From the NCBI RefSeq assembly GCF_009914755.1, contig NC_060939.1: 64,000 nt of DNA, one strand, 5' to 3'. The notes under the pieces are model-generated. The model saw nothing but the letters and a program-made list of their open reading frames with translations, made no database searches and was not told the origin of the DNA. Shown piece by piece: positions 24,665-38,503 of the stretch (positions are counted from its first letter, which is position 1; every line of letters begins with the position of its first letter). The position numbers were made by a program, and so were the translations under genes. Source of the stretch: the human T2T-CHM13v2.0 reference genome, Homo sapiens.

Positions 24665-26984
24665 TACACAGTTTGCATTTTAAAAGATTACTTTGTATAC
24701 CCCTAGAGAGGTTCCCCCCCATGGAATTCTATATTGTCTAACTGTTTTCTGATGACATAAAATTTCTCCTGAGTCTTTGGAAATCAATTGAAAGGAAGGA
24801 AAGAATTGCAATGGCCATTCAGATTCCTCTCACCATTTGGATTGGGTGGTTCTGACCACTTTACCATTTTTTATGTTGATTCTGATCAGAGGAAGATGGC
24901 TGAGGATTAGTAAACAGAAACCTGGATAACTGTAGGTGGGCCTAGGTTAAGAGCAAGGACAGTAGAGCCAGACCACCTGAGTTTGAATCCTGCCTACACT
25001 GTTTAATCTCTGTGCCTCAGTTTCCTCTTCTGTAAAGCGGGGAAATGATAATTGTGAATATAGTAGGATTGTTATTCATAGTAAATGAGTGAGTGTTTGC
25101 AAAGTGCTTACATGTAAGTTGGATAGAATACATTTTTAAAAAACTGAAAGGAATGAGGGAAAGATATGAATGAATGAATTTATAGTAGTAGACAGCTTTC
25201 AAAGATTTGAGGAAGAGCAACCCACCTATTTCTAAATGGGTTTGTGATCTTCAAAGCGCTTTCACGTACACTCTCTTGGTTCCTAAGAACGGTTCTGTGC
25301 AGCCCACATGGCTGTTAAGTAGTGAGTGCAAGGTTTCCATGTATTTCTTTCGACTTTTACATGTTTTCAGGGTTTCAGTTGCCCAGATTAACTTGTTGCC
25401 ATTAGTAGTCATTTTTGTCATTCGCTTTGTAATGCTTTTGTCAGTCTAAATAAAGCAGTGTGTCCAAATGGTCTAGCAACATAGTCTTTCCCTATTTGAC
25501 CTGAAAAAAAAAATTTAGAGCAATTGAATTTTAATTCTTACAGTATGCTTGTGGACATTACTGTAATTGTTTTCTTGAGCCATGATAACCTATATTAAAT
25601 AATCTGGAGCAACATTTTATTCCTGATTATTTAAACAAGGACCAGTTTTTCCTACTGACTTGCATCTTTTTAGACAGGGAGTCAAAATCTTTAAAAGTCA
25701 GTCTGATGTGTTTATGGAGTCTGCAACATGCCTAACTCTAAGAGGTAACTAAAGAAGGGGGTTCTTTTATCTTCCAAGAGCATGGCTTATTATTGCAGGT
25801 GGCTTCCTGGAGATGTGCGTACTCCAGGGAGAAAGGATGTTGATTATAACTAGCTGCTCAGGAGCCTGGTCCTTGGCAGTTCTCAGTAAAGGCTCTTTGA
25901 CCTAATTCCACAGACTAAGCTCCGACATGCTTCTGTCTCAAGACCACAGGGACAGCCGCGTAAGACAAGGCCTGTGACCTTGTTGGAAACGTCTCTGCTT
26001 CATGGGTTCTTGCCAGTCTGTAGGTCCCCCACAATTTCTACAAAGTAAGAAGTTCCCTTTAACCCTAAAATGAGGGGGCCCTGGCAATAGAAGAGCTACG
26101 ATCATGTCTAGAGCCTCTGTAGGTTTCTTGGTAGATTGGATCTCTAGTGTAAGATGCCATTAATAAAGGAAATCATCTTAAATCCCTAGTTCTCGGTTGT
26201 CATTCCACTTTACATCCCATCAGATACTTGGAAACTGCTGGTTTGTAAGCTCCATGAAGGCAGAAGTGGCGTCTTGTTCATATTTGAATTCCCTACAGAA
26301 CCTAACGTGAAGTGGAGCCTCAATAAATCCTGGGTGAAGTAGATTAAATTATTCTCTTACTTAATCTCTTTTGCAGCCGGAATGTTCCCAGTTCCCTTGA
26401 CCATTCTTTGTATAAGGTATTTCCAAATTCTTCACCATCCATGTCCTTCTCTCCGAACGCATCCCTGTTGAGCAGAATTTCTGAGACAGGCCCGTAGTGC
26501 AGGTATGGTCTGACGAGGGGCAGTGCAGTGGGTCTGTTCCCCCATGACCTCATCTCGCCAGTTAATGAGGCTTAAAGATGAACAAATAGCCTGCTATTAT
26601 CTGAAAAGCATTTCTGAAAATATTGCTTTGAGCAGGATGATAGACTTGTTATAGGGAAGATTCCATTCATTGAAAGCTTACTTAAAAATATTTCCCTAGT
26701 TATATTTTTATTTTTATTAATAGTTTTTTAAATGACATTTATTTCTGGGTTTTCACACATGTGCTTTACATGTTCTTGTTTTCCTTTACAATTGAACATA
26801 CACTCTATCAGCCAGAGGCCAGTGAGCATTTGATGGGGGCCAAAAAAAAAAAAAAAACGAGTTTTGGCATAGCTAATACTTTTCATCTTTGCCTCATCCA
26901 TATTAAGTTTGAGTCTTGGGCTTATTATTAATTTGAGCACTTTCATTTTTTTCTATTTTCCACTCGTTATAAAATTACAACAAA

Positions 26985-27285
<301 letters not shown>

Positions 27286-27899
27286 TAACAGTGGTTTTAA
27301 AATCTTTATTTGGCAATCTTTATTTTTAAAAATTGGAACCATTTTTCTTCAAAAGTTGAATTAGGATTGAACCAGAGTAGGAAGCCGAACCTTCTCCCCT
27401 GGACTAGGTTCCTGGGGAGCTTAAGATGCTCTGAAACAGAATTTGAAAATGGTTGCAATAAAATATTCCCATGATTTCACAAGTACTGCTGAGTAAGGAT
27501 GCTGCTGCTCGCCTAACGGAACTACTAGCTGGTAGCCCCATCATCATGGAATACAGAGGTCTGCCTGGGGAGTCTCTCTGAACCTGTTCCAGTTCAGACA
27601 GACTGCCTGATTATTGAAAAATAAATAAATAGTTAAATAAAAACAAAACAAAACAGAAGCCTACTTGAGTTGTTAGGAAGGTGGTTTAGATTAGGAGCAT
27701 AGGATTGTTTGAGATTTGAACACTGCCCGTGTAAGCTTTTCTAACAGTCCCATGCTTTTGATCAATTATAAGATCCTCCCTCAAAAAATTTCCCCCCATA
27801 AACTATTGCCAAATCAGGTCTCTAGCTTGTAGTTTATTTTTTTTTTAACTGGCTTTGAAGACTTTAAAATATTTATCTATATTAAATGTCTTCTTGTAA

Positions 27900-28221
<322 letters not shown>

Positions 28222-29384
28222 GCTTCTTGTAATTTTAAACCCCACACTTTGCCCATCAATATCTCCTTGCCACTGACCTTAATATTCAATCTTGGTTTTT
28301 AGATCAGATTCTTAAATGTAATTACTGCAAATTAGCATCTGGTGACTTGGAGGACTGCAGCATCATTCCAATAGAGTGGCGTCATTTTGCTACAGCTGAA
28401 GAGGCACGGTTGATTTATGAAGGGCAGAGTAAGGTAGAGGAGAGAGATAATAACTTTGTGTAACTTTGTCAGTCAGTCTGAATAATGCCAGCATTTCATG
28501 TCCTCATACAGTGATGATGGCGACATACAGGGTAGTAACTCCCTCTTCTATTTTTTTAAAGAAGGAATGCCTTTGGGGTATTAATGGAGAATATGCCTTG
28601 ATAAGTACAGTAAGATGTGTTATTAGGTATTAGGATATACCAGCCTTCCAGTGAGAAGACTTAGTAATAAATGAGTAGCATTTTAATGATAACATTTAAT
28701 GTTTCTACTTAAATAATATATGCAGACAATGTAACGAGTCAAACAGAAAAGATCACGAAGAAAAGCAAGAGCCATCCCTCTTCCTCTTGACTCCTAATAA
28801 CCAGGAACAACTTTAGACAGTTATTTGTTGACTTTCTGCAAAGAAGTGAGAATTTTTCTTGGTTAACCAATTTTGCGGACTTCCTTTTACTATTTCCAGT
28901 GTTTTATAGTTATTTTTGGTTCTTCATTGAGAGTGTTTGTAATTTTTAGGTAATGTCCATGAGCTTTATTTCTTCTTCTGTCCCCTTGCATGAGCACCCG
29001 AACTCTCCTCCCTTTCCTTACCCCCAGTTCCTACTTGCTGTCAGCCTAACTTTTACTACTACAGGATTAAGGTTGCAAACATCTCCATTCTTTCTGGTAG
29101 TCACAAGTGACTTTCCATTGATTTCTATCATTTGAATTTATAAGTTTAAAAAATCAGCAAATATCATTACTATGGGGATATGTGTTATGCTAGAGTAACA
29201 TTTTCATCTCTACACATGGTTTCAGGGCTTCCAGCCCACTCAAAGATCATGTTTTGTAGATCTTTCTGATTTAAGGCAAATGTGTACTCCAATCATGGCT
29301 TAAAAACTGCTATATATCTAATTTCATCTTTGAATCATGATTTCTTTATATTACATTTTACATTTCCTGAATTTTGTGATCACC

Positions 29385-29685
29385 TTTTCTTTTTGTTTTT
29401 TGGAAACAGAGTCTTGTTCTATCGCTCAGGATGGAGTGCAGTAGTGTGATCTCAGCTCACTGCAGCCTCCGCCTCCCAGGCTCCAACAATCCTCCCACCT
29501 CAGCCTTCTAAGTAGCTGAGACTACAAGTGCACACCACCATGCCCAACCAATTTTTTTGTATTCTTTGTTGAGGTGGGGTTTTGCCATGTTGGCCCGGCT
29601 AGTCTTGAACTCCTGGGCTCAAGAAGCCCTCCCACCTTAGCCTCCCAAAGTGCTGAGATTACAGGCGTGAGCTACCGCAACCAGC
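29385..29685 (-). mobile_element. Alu (AluJ-like)
   Basis: Antisense dimer. Confidence 0.9.
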
Positions 29686-30225
29686 CTCCTTTTCTTTTTG
29701 TTGTTTAGAAAAGGATCGTGGGGTTTCATCATTTGCTCAGATGTTTCTGTCTTCTTTGTTACACTGTCTTTTGCATCACACTCTCCCTTGTCTTTTGGAA
29801 CCTTTCACTTTCTCCCAATTTAATTTTCTGCTTCCCTGCCCAGGACTCAGGGATCACCTGAGGCCTTTCCCCTTTCTTGGTGGGCCCCCTGTTTTCCAGT
29901 TTCTACTTGTTCTTTCTTGGTTCTCTTTCTAGTTTTGCTAGAGGAAGTTTGTAATATCTTCAAAGGAATGGAAATGTAGGAGGTAAACTTTCTAGAAACC
30001 ACTTGATGGATCCATGTCTGAAGGTCAGTTGACTTGAGAATGTAGAAGGCATTGTCCTGTAGGCACCTGGAATGCAGAGCCTGGTGCTGGACTGGTTCTG
30101 GTTTCTTGAAGCTGGCCTGTTTTTTCTTCTAAGGAAGCTTTTAGGATTTTTTTATATATATTCTTTGTGTTCTGAAGTTTTACAAAAATATTCCAAGGGA
30201 GGGTCTTTTAAAAATGATTATTAAT

Positions 30226-30530
<305 letters not shown>

Positions 30531-31148
30531 TTATGTTGAACACTTAATGGGGGCCCTTACCGACTGAAGACTTGGATCCTTTGGTCTCAGAGATTTTCTT
30601 TAATATTTCTTTCAAAATTTCTTTTCCTACATTTTCATAGGTGTCTTTTATTACAACTTCTATTATACTGACCTCTGGATTTTCCTTGTCTCCCATATTC
30701 TCCATCTTTTTGTCTACTTTGTTTGATATTCTGAGAGGCCTCTTCAACTTTATTTTTGGGACTGTGAGTTAGATTTTGTGTTTACCCATCATTTTTTGTC
30801 TTTTTTTTTTTTTTAACTCTTTGACTTCCCTTTTTCATAACATCCTGCTCTTGTTTTAAGGATATATTTTCATAAATCCAAGAGTATACTTATTTTTTTA
30901 AGCCCTATATGCTGGTCCCATACCTGTCTGAGTCCTCTGTGAAAGATACTTGGGTCTTTGATGCTGCTAGCTTTCCTTGTATGTTGGTAGGTTAGCTTGG
31001 TGATAAAGAGCCTGGTCACTGGCTCAGATTTGGGCTGAATCTTGGCTTTTTCATTTCCTAATTGCAAAGTACTTTAATAATAATGATATCCAACTGCTAG
31101 AGGTATTGAACATTAAATCATTTAGTACATGTACTTTTAGAATTGTGC

Positions 31149-31248
31149 CAGGCAAATAGCAAATGTGCCGTAAATGCTATCGTCATTGTCATCGTCATCA
31201 CAGGCAAAATAGCAGATGTGCCATAAATGCTATTGTCATTGTCGTCAC
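31149..31248. repeat. Tandem duplication (about 2 x 52 bp) of a MIR 3' end
   Basis: caggcaaatagcaaatgtgccgtaaatgctatcgtcattgtc repeated at 31149 and 31201. Confidence 0.85.
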
Positions 31249-31974
31249 TTTTGTTCTTCAGTTTACACTGAGGAAGGAAAGATTGGGTAACCAGGTTGGG
31301 TTTCCTCTGTGCAGCGTAAGGTGGTATTCCTTGCCAGGCCTCTCCCGCAAGAGGAAATTTGGCTGGGGGCTTTCAGACACACGCAGCCAGTAGGGCACTG
31401 GGGGCCTCCTTCCTTGTTGTGGTAGACTTTGTTTCTGGAGGGAAGGAGGCCCCCCAGTGCCAGCATAAGGATGACTTTCCTTGAGAGCACCAACTAAAAG
31501 TCTTAGCTCACCCAGGAGGGCTTTATACTTTGTGTTGGGAAGGGAGTTGGATTTGTATAACTTTCTGTTCAGACTTCCTATAATTTACCTATTTTTAGTT
31601 GCATGCTAATTTTGAGTCGGAATCCTCTCTGGGATTCAGGTGGTTTCCATCTTCCCTGCAGCCCTGTTATAGCATGTCCTGGACAGAGTTCTCCACTCGA
31701 TTTTATCCGTCAGTTTGTTTCCATACACCTTCAGTTACCGAGAAGCGCACTGGAATTCCTTCTGATTTTTCCCTGTCTTCCTATTCTCTCTGCTGTTGTA
31801 AGTTTATTTCTTTCTAATTTTTATGCTGCTTTTCCAGTGATGTTTGGATTGGTTGAAAAGTGAACAGATGGGCTCAGGTCATCATTTTGAACTAGAAGCC
31901 AAAGGAATCTTTTTTTTTTTTTTTTTTAATGTTTCCCCTTTATCTTCACTATGAGAAAGGAATCTTTTTTAAAA

Positions 31975-32710
31975 GAACTGCTTTGTTGCGCTGTGATTGA
32001 CATACAAAAAGCTGTAGATATTTAATATATACAACTTGATGTATTTGAAGTTTACACCTATGAAACCATCAAACTGTCATCACTGTTGTTGCCATAAACT
32101 TATCCATCACTCCAGAAGTTTTCTCTTGCCCACCCTTTTTTTTTTTCCTTTTGTGGTAAGAGCACTTTACATGAGATCTTCCCTGTTGGTTAATTTTTAA
32201 GTATACAACGCAGTATTGTTAATCATAGGCTCTATACTGTACGGTAGACCTCCAGATATTTATTTCATATAACTGAAACTTGGTACCCTTTAACCAACAC
32301 CTCCCCATTACCGTCTCCCCTAACGCCTGGCAACCACCATTCTACTCTGTGCTTCATGTGTTTGCCTATTTAGATTCCACATGTAAGTGAGATCACGTAG
32401 CATGTGTCTTTCTGTGTCTGGCTTATTTCATGTAGCATAAAGTTCTGCAGGACCATCCATGTTGTTGTAATTGGCAGGATTTCCATCTTTCTAAGGGCTG
32501 AGTAGTACAGTTAGCTTTCGCATCTACAGATTCAACCAACCTTGGATGGAAAATAACAGTGTTTAAGCAATGCACAACTTGTGGATACGGAGGACCAACT
32601 GTTCACATCCTTAGGTTCTGCGGGGCTGACTGTGGGACTTGAGCATCTGAGGATTGTCGTCCTGGAACCAGTCCCCCAAGGATACTGAGGGATGGCTGTA
32701 TTCCATTGTT

Positions 32711-32751
<41 letters not shown>

Positions 32752-32760
32752 ATCACATTT
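31975..32760 (-). mobile_element. Old L1 (L1MA/MB-like) 3' region, interrupted by a Tigger MITE and a (TG)n tract
   Basis: tggcaaccaccattctactctg, tagattccacatgtaagtgagatca and ggctgagtagta|ttccattg are L1M 3' motifs. Confidence 0.8.
32508..32698. mobile_element. MER2/MER8-family Tigger MITE
   Basis: TA|CAG...CTG|TA; removing it restores the L1 sequence GGCTGAGTAGTATTCCATTG. Confidence 0.8.
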
Positions 32761-33504
32761 GTCTGAATGACACAAAGGAATCTTTTAAATTCCAATATTA
32801 TAAACCTGTGTTTTTCATTGTGAGCTGCCAAGGCTGTTACATGTGCTGGTGATCAGGGCACCCCCTCCCATGACCCAGGGGTCACCACTGACTTCTCAGC
32901 CTGTGTGAACAGAAGTTGCTATTAATGAAGCCTGCACAGTTGCAGGTGAACTTCTCCATGGGTGAGACTGTCCTGTAATTTTAATAATGCTGACAGCCAG
33001 ATTAGTTTCATTTGGTGTCCCATAAGGAAGGAACTGACTAGATCATGTTGTTAGGGCCTATGCTCATTATCTCTTGTTGAATTACCATAGTCTAAGGGGT
33101 AATTTACCATGGATAGTATTAGGGATTCCAAAACCCCATCTTATCAGTGTTCCACAGTTTATCAGACTCAGCTAGTACACACTAAATGACTCTTAATAGA
33201 TAGTTTATTAACTTACAATGAGAAATATTAGGTCAAGCGGATGTTTGCGTTGTTATAAACACATTGTCTCTGTTCAGGCACAACTTAAAGTCACATTGCC
33301 ACAGGTTTCCTGGGGCACACAGAATCAGTGCAGGAAGAGAGGCTGCTGCTTTGCGTGGCCGATGGCATGAGTCCTTTCTAATCCGACCAACCGCTGTGGC
33401 ATCATCCTGCTGCAGCTGAGGTGAACGGGGTGCTTGCATTTGCCTGTCAGTATGGTCTGTCCTCCTGACGGCCTCTGAGCAGAATGAATTTAAAATCATT
33501 TTCA

Positions 33505-33912
33505 GTCCGGGTGCAGTAGCTCGCACCTGTAATTCCAGCACTTTGGGAGGCTGAGGCGGGTGGATCACTTGATGTCAGGAGTTCGAGACCAGCCTGGCCA
33601 ACATGGTGAAACCCTGTCTCTACTGAAAATACAAGAATTAGCTGGGTGTGGTGGTGGACACCTGTAATCCTTGATATTTGGGAGGCTGAGGTGGGAGGGT
33701 TGCTTGAGTCCAAAAATTCAAGACCAGCCTGGGCAACAAGGCAAAACTCCACCTCTACAAAAAAAATTAAAAAAAATTAGTCAGGTGTGGTGGGGCATGC
33801 CTTTAATCCCAGAAGGTGGGAGGATTACTTGAGCCCAGGAGGTTGAGGCTGCAGTGAGCTGTGATTATGACACTGCACTCTAGCCTGGGCAACAGAGCAA
33901 GACCCTGTCTCC
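33505..33912 (+). mobile_element. Composite three-arm Alu (AluS-like left arm fused to an AluJ-like dimer)
   Basis: Left arm, linker, left-arm-like, linker, right arm. Confidence 0.8.
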
Positions 33913-35094
33913 TCCTTCCCCGTCCCCTCCAAAAAAAACCCCTTATCATTTGTGATGAAATAGGCTTAAAATATCTTGTGTACTTCTTTTCCATCAAAGC
34001 AGAAAATCGGCAGTGTAATAATTTATTAATGACTCAGGGTCGTCACTGTGGAAGTTGGGTATTATACAGTGCAGTGATTTTTGATTGATGATTGAGTTAT
34101 GTCTTGTTTAGAATGATGTATAAAATATTAAAAGGGATAAATTCTCATAAGGAAAAAACATAAATAAGGCTGAAAAAATATAAAATAGAGCCACAAATAA
34201 GGTTTAGAAATGCCTCCTGTAGTCAGCTGCTGCCTGGTCTCTGGTGTCTGTACTGGGTAGAGTTGCCCCCAAGCTCTGTGGGTCTGGGAGGGTGATGGAT
34301 GCTCCTGCACAAAAGTAACCTGCAGTGCTGTTTTCTCCCCCTCCTCCTCCTTCTCCTTCTCCAGTTCCCTCCTCCTATTATTCATTCTGTTCCTAGTTTT
34401 ATCAGGGATGGAGTTTTCTGCTCCTGGCCCTTTCTTGGAATCTTTTTATTGGTGGTGGGTTTCAGTGGAGGAGAACAGAGTGACATGCTTTTACTTTGAC
34501 AATTTTTATTACAAATCCTATCAAAGGTCTTTTAAATCCTGCACCAAGTAGTACTTCCATGTTGTCTTCATTATATAACCACTGTTGTTATGTTTTTATA
34601 CCCTAGTGTCTTACAGAGTGACCAGAGTCAAACAAAGAATTGCAGGGAAGAGGCACGAAGACACCAGGGCAGTGTGCCTAACCAACACGATTTTGTCTAT
34701 GGGATAGTTTCATTTCTGGATGTGACTGCCTATTGGGTATCAGGGTCCAGTCTTACAGAGAATATAACAACGAATACAACCTCATGAACCAAAATTTGCC
34801 CCAAACACTGAACCCATAAATACAGAAAAGTTTCTCCACCGTTTCTGAGTCAGCAGACCCTTAGAATGGAGATGATCTGAAGTGTCTCCTTCCTCAGGCA
34901 TTCTCAGAGTGATGGGCTGTTGCAGACATGGGATAGGTGAGAATTCCTGCTCTGTGTGATTATCTGCAGGTTCTTTAAGCTCGAATTTTACATTCTGGTT
35001 TAGTAGTATTATAGCTTTGCTTATTTTGATGGTCAAGATGACTCTCATTATATCACCTCTCAATACCTGGTGTCATTTTTATAATTTTTATGTA

Positions 35095-35391
35095 TTTCAT
35101 TTATTTATTTATTTAGAGACAGGGTCTCACTCTGTTGCCCATGATGGAGTTCAGTAGCATGATCCTAACTCATTGCAGCCGTGAACTTCTGGCCTCAAGT
35201 GATCCTCCTGCTTCAGCTTCCTGAGTAGCTAGGACTACAGGTGTGCACCACCGTGACTAGCTAATTTTTATTTATTTATTTTTATAGAGATGTAGTCTTG
35301 CTATGTAGCCCAGGCTGGGTTTGAACTCCTGTGATCCTCCCACATTGGCCTCCCAAAGCTCTGGGATTACAGGTGTGAACCGCTGCACCAG
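35095..35391 (-). mobile_element. Alu (AluJ-like)
   Basis: Antisense dimer with an (ATTT)n tail. Confidence 0.88.
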
Positions 35392-35439
35392 CAGTTTTTT
35401 GTTTGTTTGTTTGTTTGTTTATATAGGCTATTGTTGCTG

Positions 35440-35957
35440 TGCTGAGACCAGCTCGGTTGGGGAGACCCTAACCCAGCGGCACTAGAGGAATTAAAGATAC
35501 ACACACAGAAATATAGAGGTGTGAAGTGGGAAATCAGGGGTCTCACAGCCTTCAGAGCCGAGAGCCCCGAACAGAGATTTACCCACATATTTATTAACAG
35601 CAAACCAGTCATTAGCATTGTTTCTATAGATATTAAGTTAACTAAAAGTATCCCTTATGGGAAACAAAGGGATGGGCCAAATTAAAGGAATAGATTGGGC
35701 TAGTTAACTGCAGCAGGAGCATGTCCTTAAGGCACAGATCGCTCATGCTATTGTTTGTGGCTTAAGAATGCCTTCAAGCGGTTTTCCACCCTGGGCGGGC
35801 CAGGTGTTCCTTTCCTTGCCCTCATTCCCATAAACCCACAACCTTCCAGCTTGGGTGTTAGGGCCACCATGAACATGTTACAGTGCTGCAGAGATTTTGT
35901 TTATGGCCAGTTTTGGGGCCAGTTTATGGCCAGATTTTGGGGGGCCTGCTCCCAACA
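35440..35957 (-). mobile_element. MER9 solo LTR (HERV-K HML-3/HERVK9)
   Basis: Minus strand begins TGTTGGGAGCAGGCCCCCCAAAATCTGGCCATAAACTGGCCCCAAAACTGGCC and ends ...GCTGGTCTCAGCA; TG...CA termini; perfect 6-bp TSD ttgctg (35434-35439, 35958-35963). Confidence 0.9.
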
Positions 35958-36077
35958 TTGCTGTTTTGATTTCTTCTTGACTCAGGAGTAGTTTAGAAAA
36001 GATTTTTCTGCATCTGTTTTTTTCCCTCCAGTTTCAAGGATTTTCCCTTCTCCCTTGGTTAATTGCTTCTTTTTCTG

Positions 36078-36401
36078 GTTTTTTTTTTTTTTTTTTTTTT
36101 TTTTTGAGACGGAGCCTTGCTCTGTCGCCTAGGCTGGAGGGCGGTGGCGAGATCTTGGCTCACTGCAAGCTCCGCCCCCCCCGCGTTCACACCATTCTCC
36201 TGCCTCAGCCTCCCGAGTAGCTGGGACTACAGGCACCCACCACCACACCCAGCGAATTTTTTGTATTTTTAGTAGAGATGGGGTTTCACCATGTTAGTCA
36301 GGATGGTTAGTCAGGATGGTCTCGATCTCCTGACCTTGTGATCCGCCCGCCTCAGCCTCCCAAAGTGCTGGGATTACAGGCGTGAGCCGCCACACCCAAC
36401 C
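36078..36401 (-). mobile_element. AluY-like with an internal 13-bp duplication
   Basis: gcaagctccgcc and ccattctcc diagnostics; long poly(T). Confidence 0.92.
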
Positions 36402-38352
36402 CTTTTTCTTTTCTTAACCTTTGCATTGTAGTTAAGGAATGTGCCATAGCTTTCATTTACTTTGATTCTTAAGTTGATCCCTTTATAAACTTTATAAAAT
36501 CTTTTTACATGTCTGTAGTTTTCCTCTGATTGTCTGTTCCTTCTGTGTGTCTGTAGCTGCCTAGTGCTGGGAGTTGAAATAAGTTCTGTCAGAGGTCATA
36601 TATAGCTGTATTCAAATCTTGTAGTTTAAGACAGGGAGAAAGAAAGGTTTAACTTAAAGTACAAAAAGAAAATACAGTTAACTCGTCTGAAAGTGTTGTA
36701 GGGGGTGTGATGAATTCTTAAGGAGACCTGACCTTGATGTCTTTTCCGTGCCCTTGAACAGCTGAACTTTCAATCTTTCCTTCTCCCACATGGTGAGAGA
36801 TCTGAATCGTCTAGGGTCACTCAGTAGTTTAGTGCATTTAAGCAGAGATTGAGGGCAGTTCAGCCAGTGGAGAGGGCGTGTTAGAGTATCTGGTTGCTTG
36901 AGAAATTTAAGATGAGAAATTCAAACTATCTGGTTGTTTGGCAGGTGGAACCGCATAGCCCCATGGTGCTTCTGTTAAAGAATGTTGTGTGTGCCCTCGC
37001 TAGCCTTGCTATCCTAGAAGGTTTGAATAGTCCAGATTCCTTTGAGCCACTCTTGATCCTTTGGCTAACAATCAGTGTCATAGCATAGCATTCTTTTCAA
37101 ATTAGAATATAATCAGTCTCCAGAAATAAAGACAATTTCCCAGAGGTAACTCAGCAAGTATTGGGTGAGCAAAAGGTGGGGAAGAAAGGGAACAGTATGG
37201 GTGAGGACTGTGAACCAATGCTTGTTATTTGAGGAGCTGCATGCAGTGGGGTCTGTGAGCGTTCCCAAGGTTGAGGGGGCCAATGACCAGTCGGGTGACA
37301 TGTGTGCTGTTCTTTGGCCTGATTGCTGCTGCACCATGAATTCTGAGGTTTCCGAGTAAGGTTCTGGTTCTTCATCATTTAAAAATGTGAATGTGGTATT
37401 AGGGGAAGGGCTGGGGTGACATCCATAGGGATTGTCAGGCCTCTGCACTCCAGACTTCACTTTGCCACTCAAGACACAGCATTGTTGCTGCCACTCCTCC
37501 CTGGGTGCAGCCGTCATTGGTGGCTCCGTGGAGACTTATGGCTCTGCACAGAGGGGCTTAGCTCTGGAGGCAGGCATCTGACCTGGGTTCACAGCCAGGC
37601 TCTGCTGCCTAAGAGCGTTGTGGTCTTGGGCGATTCATCTACCTGGCAGGAACCTTAGTTTCCTGGTCTGCGTAATGGAGCTGGTGGCACCACCTTGTAA
37701 ACTGTTGCCAGGATTAGAGATAGGGTATGTAGAGTGCCATCATCACTTTATTATACTTTATTCTGTTGTGTGCCACGTGCCTTCTAATAATGAACAAGAG
37801 CAAGCACCTGCTGTTAAGGAGAGTGACTGTATGAACACGTGCACGCACACTCACCTACCTACAAACTCACCAGAATGGTCTCTGGCGTCTTCCTGATGTA
37901 CAGGGGCCTTCTAAGAGCCAGGACTGCTATTCACACACAGATGAGACCTCAGTCCTCCCTGGGAAAAACACCTTTGGTCTGACCTGATCAAGCATGCTTT
38001 ATCACCTGGTGGGGCTGAGCTTTTAGGAGAAGTGACAGTGACTAGCTGAGAAGGACCAAAGGAGGCAGATCCAGGCCTCATCCATTCCCCTCACTTGATA
38101 GATAGGAGATCTAAAGGCAGGTAAATCACCTCAATGCCTATGGGCATTTTTATTGGGCATTAGAGTCAAGACTATAGTGATTTGTGGGCTCAGAGTCCTT
38201 GACCTCACTTTCTTTAGTACATCTAAGTCGATGAAACCAGGTAAATCACTAAACTTAGGGCCTTCTGGCATGTGAATCAAATTGAGACTTTTTGAAGATA
38301 AAAGGGCATCTCCTCCCAAGTAGTCAAATTAGTTATCAAAAAGCACAGATTG

Positions 38353-38503
<151 letters not shown>

